A stretch of DNA of 64,000 bases, from contig CM119371.1 of the NCBI GenBank assembly GCA_051294905.1, positions 36,954,001-37,018,000 on the forward strand, given 5' to 3'. The stretch comes from Botryllus schlosseri (taxonomy: Eukaryota). Below are positions 24,794 through 36,389 of the stretch, in pieces. Every line of letters begins with the position of its first letter. The first letter of the stretch is position 1. The notes beneath the pieces were generated by a model. The model ran no database searches, was not told the DNA's origin, and worked only from the letters and a program-made list of their open reading frames with translations. The translations under genes and the position numbers were made by a program.

Positions 24794-26625
24794 ACTAAGC
24801 GTTCAAGACTCAATAATTAACAAAATGCTTATTATACCAATCTGAAATTAGTCAAGTTCTCCAGGTCAAATCCAAAATAACTGAATAGTGCATCAAGTCA
24901 CAAATTGAAGAGTGGTGCAAAATCTATCCAAATACTGGTATGGTTGCTGCATCACAGCACAGTGCGCAGAAGCTTGCTGACTGACAGCTGACTACGAAGT
25001 GAAATTGATCCTGTTGTCAGCCTGGGGGGCACTCTGTTGAGTACAGGCACCTTGAAAAAATCTTCTTTTACTACTTGATTCAGATTCGAGAATCATTGTA
25101 CCCAGCCCTATGCACACATGATATCCTCAGTCAGTAATTCGAAATATAATTATACCATATTAATTATGCCTGGATTATGAAAACATATTCTCTTTATTTA
25201 GCAATACATACTAAAACCTATCTCTGATTATTAGGGCGTTTTATTGACCACATTATGTTAAAATTGTAGCCAACTTCTTATCTTCATTTCTGGTAGGATC
25301 TAGCCGTCCTAACCAAGTAGTTCAGCATCAAAAAACGTTTTTGGCTACGATTTTGACAAAATTTTGACATGTCAAAAAATGGCCGCTCTAATGATTATAC
25401 AAACCAAAATAGTTAAAGGAAACCTCAGCCGAAGTCAATAATGAAACCAATTAATAGTAGAGTGAATATCATGACTTCTTTTGCTCATGAAATATCCCCC
25501 TGATATTAATGTAATGATAGCCGCGCCAGTGGCTATGTACTGTATCACTACATAACCTGTTGTGATTGCCCTATATCCTATCTGCACCAAACATACTTGC
25601 ATTTTTAACAGTCAATCTGGCCAACATGCTATGAAGCGACAACAAATCTGACGGCATCTGGGCTCTCGACCGTGAATCACGTGTTGCCCATCTATCCGTA
25701 GGTTAGTTATCTATAATGTAACGGGTTAAGAAATTACCCGGAGCCGCGACAGCTGCAGCCGGGTGCAACTCTGGAAATTTCAATAAATTGCAGCTCCATT
25801 ACGGTGGCGTTCTGAAGAAAACGGCTGCGGCCAAAAATTTTTTTTCGATCTGCCCTTCAATTTGAGACCACATCATTTTTTGAGTGCAGTGCCCCTTTAA
25901 AGCGAACATTGTGAGGTTTCTTGGAAACTGTAGGGCCCGTTACTAATAATTAAACATATTCGGGCGGGCGAACCCGTTGGTATGACTTCGTTGCATGATG
26001 TTATTTCGTGACCCCGTGTCTGCAATATCAAAAAATATAGAATCGCTCAACGGGGATATCGCCTAACAGGAATATCCCTGTCGCCAAATCGTACTAAACT
26101 AAAATACGCACACGATTTCAAATTGGTATTTCTTCACTGACATATAATTTTTCCCTGCCATATGGAATTCGTCTTTTGGGGTTCAGATTGCCAACACAGG
26201 AACATTCGGTGTCAGTCATTTAGGCGCCCATGGACAATTGAACCTATATGTATTTTGAAGGCTATATGTGACGAAGTTTTCGGTGTTAATTTGCTCTGAA
26301 TACTCATTAGGGATATGTCCTATCACCACATCATCTACTGCGAAGCCATTTTTCTCCAGCGCCCCCAATACCGCCCCCCTGAGCCAAGCGCCCCCCCATA
26401 TCGCCCCCTGAGCGTTTCCGCCCCCTTCAAGATCACCAGCGCCCCCTGGGGGGCGCTGTGGGCAAGGTTAAGAACCACTGGTCTAAATGAAGAGATTATT
26501 TGTGCAGACGAATGTTGGTTATCGCCAAAACATGTGAAGAAGCAATGTTGGTCTACCAGTGATTCTCCTGTGATTTGCTCTTCACCAGACATATCGACGC
26601 AATCATTGCAATCCATTTCTGTGAC

Positions 26626-27212
26626 TATAGAATGTAAACGTGGAATGGCAGCGACCGATTTTGCAGCTTCGTTCCGCTTCGCTGAAGCTTTACTCAGACT
26701 TATTTTACGGCAGCTACTGTAGAATTACTGGCAATCCAAAAGTTGTCTTCCAGAGCTCAGAATTTACTGAATCCGGTCTTGATCGAAAGCTACTGTCGCA
26801 CTGATTTCGAAAATATCAATCAAAATATGGTGAAGCACCGTACTGAGATGAAAAACCACCCTCAACATCTAAAAGCTGCATTGTTCAGAACAATCGGATA
26901 ACCGCAAAACAATGACCATAACAATGACCCATTGCGGCTCTTCGATTGTTCGGACAATGCCGATAATTCAGACTTGGAGGGCGAATTCTAATCGGTTCAG
27001 TACCTGATCATATTTTTATTTACATTTTCGGAATCAGTGCGATAGTAGCTTTCGATCAAGACCAGATTCAGTAAATTCTGAGCTCTGGAAGACAACTTTT
27101 GGATTGCCAGAAATCCTACAGTAGCTGCCATAAAATAAGTCTGAGTAAAGCTTCAGCGAAGCGGAACGAAGCTGCAAAATCGGTCGCTGCCATTCCATGT
27201 TTACATTCTATA
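26626..27212. mobile_element. Foldback MITE, P-superfamily-like
   Basis: Palindromic; TATAGAATGTAAAC / GTTTACATTCTATA ends; 7-bp TSD ctgtgac. A diverged partial relative lies at ~28230-28420. Confidence 0.88.
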
Positions 27213-27789
27213 CTGTGACAATTGAATTTTATAGGCCAGCGAAATTTTCATCTAATTACTCAATATAATCTCGTACCTTCAGCTGACATTGACCTTTTAA
27301 GAATAAGCCCAGCGATATACAGCAGGCCCGCAATATAGTCTAGTGACAATAATATTGACCTACGAACTTCAAAATTCTTTCGCGCTTCGCGCGGCTAGTG
27401 GCCCGCGCCATAATTCGTCATTCGAATGTGGCCCTTTGGCTGAAAAGGTTGGCCACCCCTGTGTTATGAGAACAGACCTGGCGAATACCTAAATCCCGAA
27501 AAAAATCGTCTAACATTACAAGAAAATGCCATCCCACAAGCTTTACAGCTGATATTATTTACCTTGGCGACGCTCGCCGTCCCTAATCACTCAAGCGCAG
27601 CCAGCCTAAACGGAGAACAATGGGTCGTCACTCCATCCTACATCCTCTATAATGGTACTACGTTGCCACACTTAAGACACCCAATAGTTACCCTAGACAA
27701 GATCTCCTTATGTTCGGTATGCTCCTTATCGCCAAAATGAAAGGCACCCTTTCAGAATTTTGGAGTATTGCGACATTTGCGAGTTGCGC

Positions 27790-28110
27790 CTGATCCGCGG
27801 TCCGCTGTTTACATTGTGGTCTTTGTAGTAGTCCGCTCGGTCCGCAGTTCCGCTCAGTCCGCCGTTTAGTATTGCAAGTTTCGCCGGTTCCGCGGTTCGC
27901 TCGTTCCGCCGTTTAGTATCGAGCTATTTTGTTATGGTCTGCTCGGTCCGCCGTTTAGTGTAGCAAGTTCCGCCAGTTCAGCGGCCCGCTTGTTCCGCCG
28001 TTTAGTATTGAACTATTTTCTTATGGTCCGCTCCGTCCGCAGTTCCGCTCGGTCCGCCGTTTAGTATTACATGTTCCGTTGTTCCGCGGTCCGCCGTTTA
28101 GAGTTGCCCG
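27790..28110. repeat. Imperfect minisatellite (core (g)tccgccgtttag)
   Basis: Repeated gttccgctcggtccgccgtttagta-type units; the same core occurs in the 712-990 / 28430-28685 repeat. Confidence 0.75.
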
Positions 28111-29064
28111 TTTGAGACCTCTGCACTAGGTAATAGAAATCCCAAATCCGCTCATCTCTGGAATTTATCTATCGAATGTAAAAACCACTTAGCTATATAA
28201 TAACAATATTATAATATTATATAATATAATATGTAAACATGGAATGGCAACGACCGACTTTGATGTTTCGTTCCGCTTCGCTGAGGCATGATTCAGAATT
28301 GTTTTACGGCAGCGACTGTGGGATTTCTGGCAATCCAAATGTTATCATTCAGAGCGCAGAATTTACTGAATCTCACCTTGACCGAAAGCTATTGTCGAAT
28401 CGAGGCCGAAAATTTCACATTCGATAATGCAGCATTGTAATTTACGCCTTGTTTACGGTCCGCCGTTTAGTGTTGGCCGCGTGATGTGATTACAATAGCA
28501 ACAATATCGTGAATATTATAGAAAATTGTCAGTCAGTAGCTCAGAGCTTAGTTCAGTACCACTCACGAGGAGGGTTGCTGTGATTATTTCGCAATAAGGT
28601 CAGTCCCTACGCTCAATATGAGGTCAGTCCACGGTTGAGGGTTTATGGCATTAGGAGGAAGGGTTGGGGACTAGGGTCCTGTCCGGGGGTCGCACACCAC
28701 TACGCTATCCCCCCTTATGACAGTAACCCATAATCTAATGACCCGAGCCTCAATCCTAAGGACCCTCACCCCCAAATCTAATTACACTAACCCATAATCT
28801 AATGACCCGAGCCTCAACCTAAGGACCCTCCTCACCCCCAAATCAAATTACACTAACTCGTAACCGTGGACTGAAAGTCTTGTGAACGTAGCCTATAGCA
28901 GCTCAACTGACCTTATTGGGAACGTAATCGCACCAACCCTGTAGAATAAGCTGCACGCGACAAGGGTTGATTGCATGGAAGAATTGAGTTATTGAACAGA
29001 AAATTGCGTGTGATATTGCCACTAATTCCACTCTAGCACCCACCCACTGACCCACTTTTGCCTA

Positions 29065-29493
29065 CACTACAAAAAAAAATAAGACATTTTTTATCTTATT
29101 ATCTTAAAGTGACTTTTTATGAAAAAATGTCTTAAAGACCAATTAGTCTTACCAAGTACTTCATGTGTCAAAAGTAAGCCAGAAATTGATCGAAAATAGT
29201 AACAGTGCCTTGGGGGCATCCTTTTCAATGTTAGGGGTCTGAGCGGAGGAGGGGAAGGATGAGAGAGACCAGAAATTGCAGGGTTGAGTTGATCCTGGAC
29301 TAAGTTTACAAGATATTCACTAGATATAGTTATCAAGGTACATGCCACTTACTACTCACATTTACTATTCAGATCAATATATATATGGTTGTCTGAGTCG
29401 AAAATAGCATTTATGGTGAGTGGGTAAAATGAGACCAAATCATCCTCATTTCTTAAATTTGAGACCAAATTTGTCTAATTTTTTTTTGTAGTG
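29065..29493 (-). mobile_element. Solo CACTA (EnSpm-like) MITE
   Basis: CACTACAAAAAAAA...TTTTTTTTGTAGTG, with 2-bp TA duplication. It is a diverged inverted copy of the array MITE. Confidence 0.85.
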
Positions 29494-31998
29494 TAGAACA
29501 GGGTGTCCAAGTCCAACCTTTTTTACCAAAGGGCAATATTCGGTTAACGAATGATTACAAGGGCCACTTGATTATTGATGAACTTTTTGCTGTTTTTCCA
29601 CATACGATGGAGCCAAGTTGCTAAAATAAATGATATGAGAAATCAGTGTCCATCAATTTATCGGTTGCGCAAAAATCTACCTGTAAGCTAATTTCTTTCT
29701 CCGCTCAAGGGTTCCATACTCCAGTAGATGGTTTTAGTGTGACATTTTCAAGTCCAGTGTGTTAGGTACTATAACCAATAAGTGTCGCGCGTAGAAAGTT
29801 GTTATGACGATTGCCAGAGAACCCGGACCTTGGAGAACCCGGCCTTACAAACTCGGCCCTCGGAGAACTCGGCCCTCGGAGAACCCGGACCTCGGAGAAC
29901 CCGGCCCTCGGGAAATTTTGTATATCAAGCACGCGTGGTCTACTTCACTACAAAAAAAATTAGACAAATTGGTCTCAAAATTAGACAAATTTGGTCTCAA
30001 ATTTAAGAAATGAGGATGATTTGGTCTCATTTTACCACCCACTCACCATAAATGCTATTTTCGACTCAGACAACCATATATATATTGATATGAATAGTAC
30101 ATGTGAGTAGTAAGTGGCATGTACCTTGATAACTATATCTAGTGAATACCTTGTAAACTTAGTACAGGATCATCTCAACACTGCAATTTCTGGTCTCTCT
30201 CATCCTTCCCCTCCTCCGCTCAGACCCCTAACACTGAAAAGGATGCCCCCGAGGCACTGCTACTATTTTCGATCAATTTCTGGCTTACTTTTGAGACATA
30301 AAGTACTTGGTAAGACTAATTGGTCTTTAAGACTTTTTTTTGTAAAAAATCGATTTGAGACATTGAGACCAAATTTGTCTTATTTTTTTTTGTAGTGTAT
30401 GTACGGGAATTCGAAACAAGCTATGAAGTTAATCGGTCACACTCTAGCCTCGGCCTACAAAGGAAGCGGCATGCACACACAAATAAAATAAATTACATAT
30501 ATCCACAGTGTCCCCTTTCTAACCTACATGAATAATGCCAAATACCTCCGTTGATGTTCTACTAGATTCGACTCGACTCGATCATTTCCTCGAAGATTCC
30601 GATCCGTTAGCTCGAAGCTAAAACCCGTCCACGAACTCCGGACCGTCAAAAATCCAGTTTCTATATGCGCAAATGAATTTATTGAATTCACGGGACTGTG
30701 ATGGAAATATGCATATTGAAACTGATATTATACGAGAAAAACAAATTGTTTTTAACATAAATACCCGCTTGAACCTTTCTCTATAGGAAATGATCATGAA
30801 TTCTAGGAAAAAGGTAATGCAGAGGCGTCCAGGTCCGCTAATCTAATTGACGAACCTACGGGGCTCGTTCACTTTCGGACCAAAAATCAATTTTCTCCAT
30901 AAGGACGTAGTAGAATTGGTCCTCAAGTGAACGAGCCCCGTCCCGGTCCGTATTGGGGCGCGTGTAGTCGCGTTTGTCGCGGGCGGACAGGGGTATCGGC
31001 GGTTGTTTTTGTTGTATTTCTGCGTATTCGGGTCGGATTCCGTCGCATATTTTGTTTGTGATTTTTTGCCGAGAACATATTAAAAAATTAATAAAAATGT
31101 TCGTGGTATCAGAGGATTTACTCAGATATCTACACCATCGAATGTTTACATTCGATATAGAAGCACTGTTGGAGCTCAAAAACTACCCATGCTTTCCAAA
31201 TGAAAACCTGATTTTCAGTGCTGACATAAATGTATCACCGGCCCATCTGCATCCAGAGGCCTGCCCTTCTCTTTTCAAAGCCTGAATCTGATCCTTGTTG
31301 AAAAAACCTTCCTATCCTTCTCCATCTGTTCCTTGTTATCCGAGCTTACATCCAAGTTCCAAAACGATCATAAATTGTGCAATTCCGCTATTAATCACAT
31401 TTGGGTATCTTGTTTGGTTTTCATTGTGTATTTGTATCGTCAAAATGCTACAATTAATTTCACAATGATTTCGCATTACCAGCGATTTCAACAGCGCAAT
31501 TTCTTCGTCTTTCTCCCTGAATTTCTTTGCACTGTATTCCGTGGCACACAAGACCTAAACAGGTGATAAGGGCGGCGACTCTATAAACTTTTAATCATAA
31601 TAATAACGCGCAATTTCTTCATCTTTCTCCTGACACCGGCCTTGTAGCTGCAAATTGTAAGATGGGTGACTTTATATCGTATTGGGTGGTCTATGCTGTT
31701 ACAGTATGTATGCGGCAAGTTTCTATTGGCCATATTGAATCTTACTAGCTCCATCTCCTGCTTCAACAGGATACAATTCTCACAAGAAGCCTTTAGGTTG
31801 AGATTCTAAATATATCGCCATATGTAGGCCTACAATTCGTTGATGCAGCCCAGAAATGCATTTTGCTGTGGTAGTCCGGGGTGATCTGAAATAAAAACGA
31901 CCAGCAGACAACGAAAATACATAAATTCACCTTGGTTTCTATGTCCAATATACCAGTTGCGGGCGTAATCCCATAAATATCACTGCCAATATGAACGA

Positions 31999-32098
31999 NN
32001 NNNNNNNNNNNNNNNNNNNNNNNNNNNNNNNNNNNNNNNNNNNNNNNNNNNNNNNNNNNNNNNNNNNNNNNNNNNNNNNNNNNNNNNNNNNNNNNNNN
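31999..32098. other. Assembly gap (100 N) in the first array unit
   Basis: Run of N; the first unit lacks ~1 kb of the 4124-bp period. Confidence 0.99.
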
Positions 32099-33138
32099 TA
32101 CTTTCATTCAGTGTGCATGCCTCCTCTTTACTACGCCTAGGCCAAGGTGGGTGTCCGATTCCATTGACAAATCCAAGTCGCTTCGACATCTTCCTGTCTA
32201 TTCATTGTATCGCATTTTTTGTGGTGTATTGAACTGATAAAATTGCTAATAAACCAATGATGATGTCGCTAAGAGTTAATTTATAGTTTCGAAGTAATTT
32301 CCCAACGCGTTGCGGCATACGAAGCGGGGTGCGTCATTGTATATGAGATATCTGTGAAGTCGTGGTCGAGCCGCGGCAACAGTGACAATGGATGCGCAAT
32401 AGGACTGTTGAAAAATAACCTTTATTTCTGAATCTTGTTGGTTACGTGATTAAATCGATAAAACGACGTATTTTATTCGCTGTGGCCACTCTACATGTAT
32501 AATTTGTATACATTTCAACTTTCCACGCCGTTCTCATTGATAATCGAACACTCGACACGACTCGAAGCCCAATACACATTGTCGTCTACTTATGACCCGT
32601 CGTTTCTAAAAGCTTATCGCTCTTTCAATTTAGAGTCCCAATTTCCAGCGCGGCGCTCGACGCTCAGGCTATCGCTCTCCCCCGTGGCGAGCGAGGGCCG
32701 ATCATCAATGGGCTTTTGCCGCGTTGTAGTACTGGTTGGCGACGTGGCAGAACCGGGCTGCGGTCATCGCCTGACAGGTCTGAACTGCCCCTCAGACGAG
32801 CGCGGGTCAGATGGGGCTGCGGGTCTTGCTAGCTCCGCGAAACGCGGCTGTAGGAAGTAGAGGTGTTAATTTTGCACAGCTCGATCGAGCTGCCCCGCCG
32901 TCGAAAACCGGTCGTTTACGCAGCCGTCTCGCGCGGATCCGGAGCTTGCGCGCCGGTCAGCGCGCGAACACGTTCCGCCCCGCGGACCGGTCGGCCACTT
33001 CCGGGGTCGGCGCCACGGCCCGGGTCACGACGAACACTAGCACAGAAAGCCGTGCCCCGACCGGCGTCGGCCGTCGCCGAGAGCTTCATCGTTTCGTTCG
33101 CGTCTGCTCGTTCGGCAGTCGTTGGTTATATACGTATA

Positions 33139-33590
33139 CACTACAAAAAAAATTAGACAAATTGGTCTCAAAATTAGACAAATTTGGTCTCAAATTTAAG
33201 AAATGAGGATGATTTGGTCTCATTTTACCACCCACTCACCATAAATGCTATTTTCGACTCAGACAACCATATATATATTGATATGAATAGTACATGTGAG
33301 TAGTAAGTGGCATGTACCTTGATAACTATATCTAGTGAATACCTTGTAAACTTAGTACAGGATCATCTCAACACTGCAATTTCTGGTCTCTCTCATCCTT
33401 CCCCTCCTCCGCTCAGACCCCTAACACTGAAAAGGATGCCCCCGAGGCACTGCTACTATTTTCGATCAATTTCTGGCTTACTTTTGAGACATAAAGTACT
33501 TGGTAAGACTAATTGGTCTTTAAGACTTTTTTTTGTAAAAAATCGATTTGAGACATTGAGACCAAATTTGTCTTATTTTTTTTTGTAGTG
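33139..33590 (+). mobile_element. CACTA MITE (representative array copy)
   Basis: CACTA...TAGTG termini, repeated ttggtctca motifs, TA on both sides. Confidence 0.88.
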
Positions 33591-34339
33591 TATGTACGGG
33601 AATTCGAAACAAGCTATGAAGTTAATCGGTCACACTCTAGCCTCGGCCTACAAAGGAAGCGGCATGCACACACAAATAAAATAAATTACATATATCCACA
33701 GTGTCCCCTTTCTAACCTACATGAATAATGCCAAATACCTCCGTTGATGTTCTACTAGATTCGACTCGACTCGATCATTTCCTCGAAGATTCCGATCCGT
33801 TAGCTCGAAGCTAAAACCCGTCCACGAACTCCGGACCGTCAAAATTCCAGTTTCTATATGCGCAAATGAATTTATTGAATTCACGGGACTGTGATGGAAA
33901 TATGCATATTGAAACTGATATTATACGAGAAAAACAAATTGTTTTTAACATAAATACCCGCTTGAACCTTTCTCTATAGGAAATGATCATGAATTCTAGG
34001 AAAAAGGTAATGCAGAGGCGTCCAGGTCCGCTAATCTAATTGACGAACCTACGGGGCTCGTTCACTTTCGGACCAAAAATCAATTTTCTCCATAAGGACG
34101 TAGTAGAATTGGTCCTCAAGTGAACGAGCCCCGTCCCGGTCCGTATTGGGGCGCGTGTAGTCGCGTTTGTCGCGGGCGGACAGGGGTATCGGCGGTTGTT
34201 TTTGTTGTATTTCTGCGTATTCGGGTCGGATTCCGTCGCATATTTTGTTTGTGATTTTTTGCCGAGAACATATTAAAAAATTAATAAAAATGTTCGTGGT
34301 ATCAGAGGATTTACTCAGATATCTACACCATCGAATGTT

Positions 34340-35317
34340 TACATTCGATATAGAAGCACTGTTGGAGCTCAAAAACTACCCATGCTTTCCAAATGAAAAC
34401 CTGATTTTCAGTGCTGACATAAATGTATCACCGGCCCATCTGCATCCAGAGGCCTGCCCTTCTCTTTTCAAAGCCTGAATCTGATCCTTGTTGAAAAAAC
34501 CTTCCTATCCTTCTCCATCTGTTCCTTGTTATCCGAGCTTACATCCAAGTTCCAAAACGATCATAAATTGTGCAATTCCGCTATTAATCACATTTGGGTA
34601 TCTTGTTTGGTTTTCATTGTGTATTTGTATCGTCAAAATGCTACAATTAATTTCACAATGATTTCGCATTACCAGCGATTTCAACAGCGCAATTTCTTCG
34701 TCTTTCTCCCTGAATTTCTTTGCACTGTATTCCGTGGCACACAAGACCTAAACAGGTGATAAGGGCGGCGACTCTATAAACTTTTAATCATAATAATAAC
34801 GCGCAATTTCTTCATCTTTCTCCTGACACCGGCCTTGTAGCTGCAAATTGTAAGATGGGTGACTTTATATCGTATTGGGTGGTCTATGCTGTTACAGTAT
34901 GTATGCGGCAAGTTTCTATTGGCCATATTGAATCTTACTAGCTCCATCTCCTGCTTCAACAGGATACAATTCTCACAAGAAGCCTTTAGGTTGAGATTCT
35001 AAATATATCGCCATATGTAGGCCTACAATTCGTTGATGCAGCCCAGAAATGCATTTTGCTGTGGTAGTCCGGGGTGATCTGAAATAAAAACGACCAGCAG
35101 ACAACGAAAATACATAAATTCACCTTGGTTTCTATGTCCAATATACCAGTTGCGGGCGTAATCCCATAAATATCACTGCCAATATGAACGAAAACTACAG
35201 CCTCACACATAGGTTCAGGCTGTTTTTGTGGTCTTTTGAGACCAAAATGGATGCCGCAACGTAACAGTGGCATGACGCAACAATGACCTCGCACTTCTTG
35301 CCCTTCTACATTCTTTG
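34340..35317 (-). pseudogene. 5' part of a P-1-family element in each array unit (TIR plus degenerate N-terminal exons)
   Basis: The terminus CAAAGAATGTAGAAGGGCAAGAAGTGCGAGGTCA is at 35317. Exons CENCILLKQEMEL, LQGRCQEKDEEIA and DQIQALKREGQASGCRW..ALKIRFS parallel the P-1 exons at 11729-12234. Confidence 0.85.
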
Positions 35318-35361
35318 GGCGTAACCATACCGTATACTTTTTCGCTCTTCATTTTCGCCTT

Positions 35362-35439
35362 TGGTGGGAGGGATTCGAGCCCCGGCGCGGCGTGGCGGCG
35401 AGGCAAGCACAGTGCTTATACCCATTAGGCCACGACGCC
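35362..35439 (-). other. tRNA-like Pol III promoter / SINE head in each array unit
   Basis: A-box TGGCCTAATGG and B-box-like GGCTCGAATCC at tRNA-like spacing. The acceptor stem does not pair. Confidence 0.55.
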
Positions 35440-35659
35440 CTCGAGAGCGGGAGACGATACGCGGCAATTCGAATTCGCACGCTCGCGTCATCCGCTGGAG
35501 GTCTCTCGCATAATCCCGCGGTTCCCGCCGTCCGCGAGCGGGCTCGTAGTTTGGGGCCGGGCGAACACAATGGCACGGGCACTCAAAAATGAACAGAGTA
35601 ACAATTTAAAGATTCTAATCGTGTAGTGATACATGATTTCTTAGCGTACTGAAATTAGA

Positions 35660-36389
35660 CGATCCTGTCGAAGTTACATTATGGCATCCTCTGTTGGGGG
35701 GCTGCCAGTAAAACTGCACTCAAGCCACTGCAGAAACTACAGCATAAAGTGCTCCGAATCATAGCTAGGGCCCCAAAGGGGCCTGGCTGCCCATCCAATA
35801 AGTCGCTGCTGAAGAGATTCGGCGTCCTAAACATAGAAGATATGCGGAAACTAGAAATCGCCAAGTTTATGTATCAGTTTCACTGCGGTCGTTGCCCCGA
35901 ATATTTCAATGACTTCTTTACCTCTGAATCAAAAGCGCGCACAAGTACAACACACGCGCGTCCACGTCGTCCAAATATCATATGATCGACCGAAAAGATC
36001 ATCGCTCCATCAGATATGCCGGACCTGATGTGTGGAATAGTATCCCGCCGGCCATCCGACAGTCGACGAGCATGTCCACATTCAAGTCGAAATACAAGCA
36101 ATTACTACTAAATAAATACAGTCCGTCCTCAAGATTACCGGACCACGACTGACCTATCGATCTCGCTTCCCATGACATGCCGCCCTATTTCTTGTCGCTT
36201 TCTTTTTCTATACTGTATTCTTTACTTTCATTCAGTGTGCATGCCTCCTCTTTACTACGCCTAGGCCAAGGTGGGTGTCCGATTCCATTGACAAATCCAA
36301 GTCGCTTCGACATCTTCCTGTCTATTCATTGTATCGCATTTTTTGTGGTGTATTGAACTGATAAAATTGCTAATAAACCAATGATGATG
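35660..36389 (+). mobile_element. 3' fragment of a CR1/L2-group LINE in each array unit
   Basis: SKLHYGILCWG...LQKLQHKVLRII...KFMY...YAGPDVWNSIP...FKSK is a typical ORF2 C-terminus (frameshifted), followed by a 3' UTR ending aataaa-ccaatgatgatg. Confidence 0.85.

Larger units (their letters stand above)
19023..25715. mobile_element. P-superfamily element P-2, two convergent genes, ~330-bp TIRs
   Basis: TATAGATAACTAACCTACGGATAGATGGGC termini; 7-bp TSD atgtaac (19016-19022, 25716-25722). TIRs are at 19023-~19797 (with a MITE inside) and ~25386-25715. Confidence 0.92.
13182..25896. mobile_element. Kolobok DNA transposon (defective)
   Basis: TTAA TSD (13178-13181, 25897-25900), AGGGGCAC...GTGCCCCT termini and ~260-bp TIRs (the right TIR is split by P-2). 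It contains convergent transposase and KolX-like genes. Confidence 0.9.
13008..25911. mobile_element. Small hAT-like MITE whose right TIR was split by the Kolobok insertion
   Basis: CAATGTTCCCTCTAAG ... CTTAA[Kolobok]AGCGAACATTG; the flanks duplicate (g)tgaggt. An empty-site equivalent is visible at ~55050-55085. Confidence 0.7.
12241..26480. mobile_element. Non-autonomous hAT element expanded to 14.2 kb by nested insertions
   Basis: CAGTGGTTCTTAACCTT / AAGGTTAAGAACCACTG; perfect 8-bp TSD gtctaaat (12233-12240, 26481-26488). Confidence 0.92.
6064..27300 (-). pseudogene. Multi-exon P-element/THAP9-like transposase of P-1, inactivated
   Basis: Spliced exons give YPLPSYRTL, ALDEMQ (D1), VSDMGPSN (D2), DVPHLIKNLR, NWFDLMN and TQDAVENLF (E). 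The last exon (6064-6783) carries the C-terminal domain YYVCGW..CESC..LTHPT..YIKLRLH. An LTR element sits in the DVPH exon. No THAP exon was found. Confidence 0.9.
4880..27310 (-). mobile_element. P-superfamily element P-1 (disrupted; 5' end not found)
   Basis: The terminus CAAAGAATATAGAAGGACAAGAAGTGCGAGGTCA at 4880 matches, inverted, the terminus of a related element in the array (35317 and equivalents). P-transposase exons run from ~27310 to 6064. The right boundary is approximate. Confidence 0.7.

Noticed and set aside
27462..27740. Missing THAP exon of P-1 (plus-strand ...LQENAIP)
   Set aside because: It is on the wrong strand for P-1 and shows no C2CH ligands; similarity is too weak.
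27790..29920. CRISPR-like arrays in the short repeats
   Set aside because: Eukaryotic context, degenerate tandem units and no unique spacers.
32495..33588. Short ORFs repeated in every array unit as a protein-coding cassette
   Set aside because: They cross MITE or GC-rich sequence, have no recognisable domain, and recur only because the DNA is duplicated.
35362..35439. Functional tRNA gene
   Set aside because: It has A/B boxes but no acceptor-stem pairing or clear anticodon arm.
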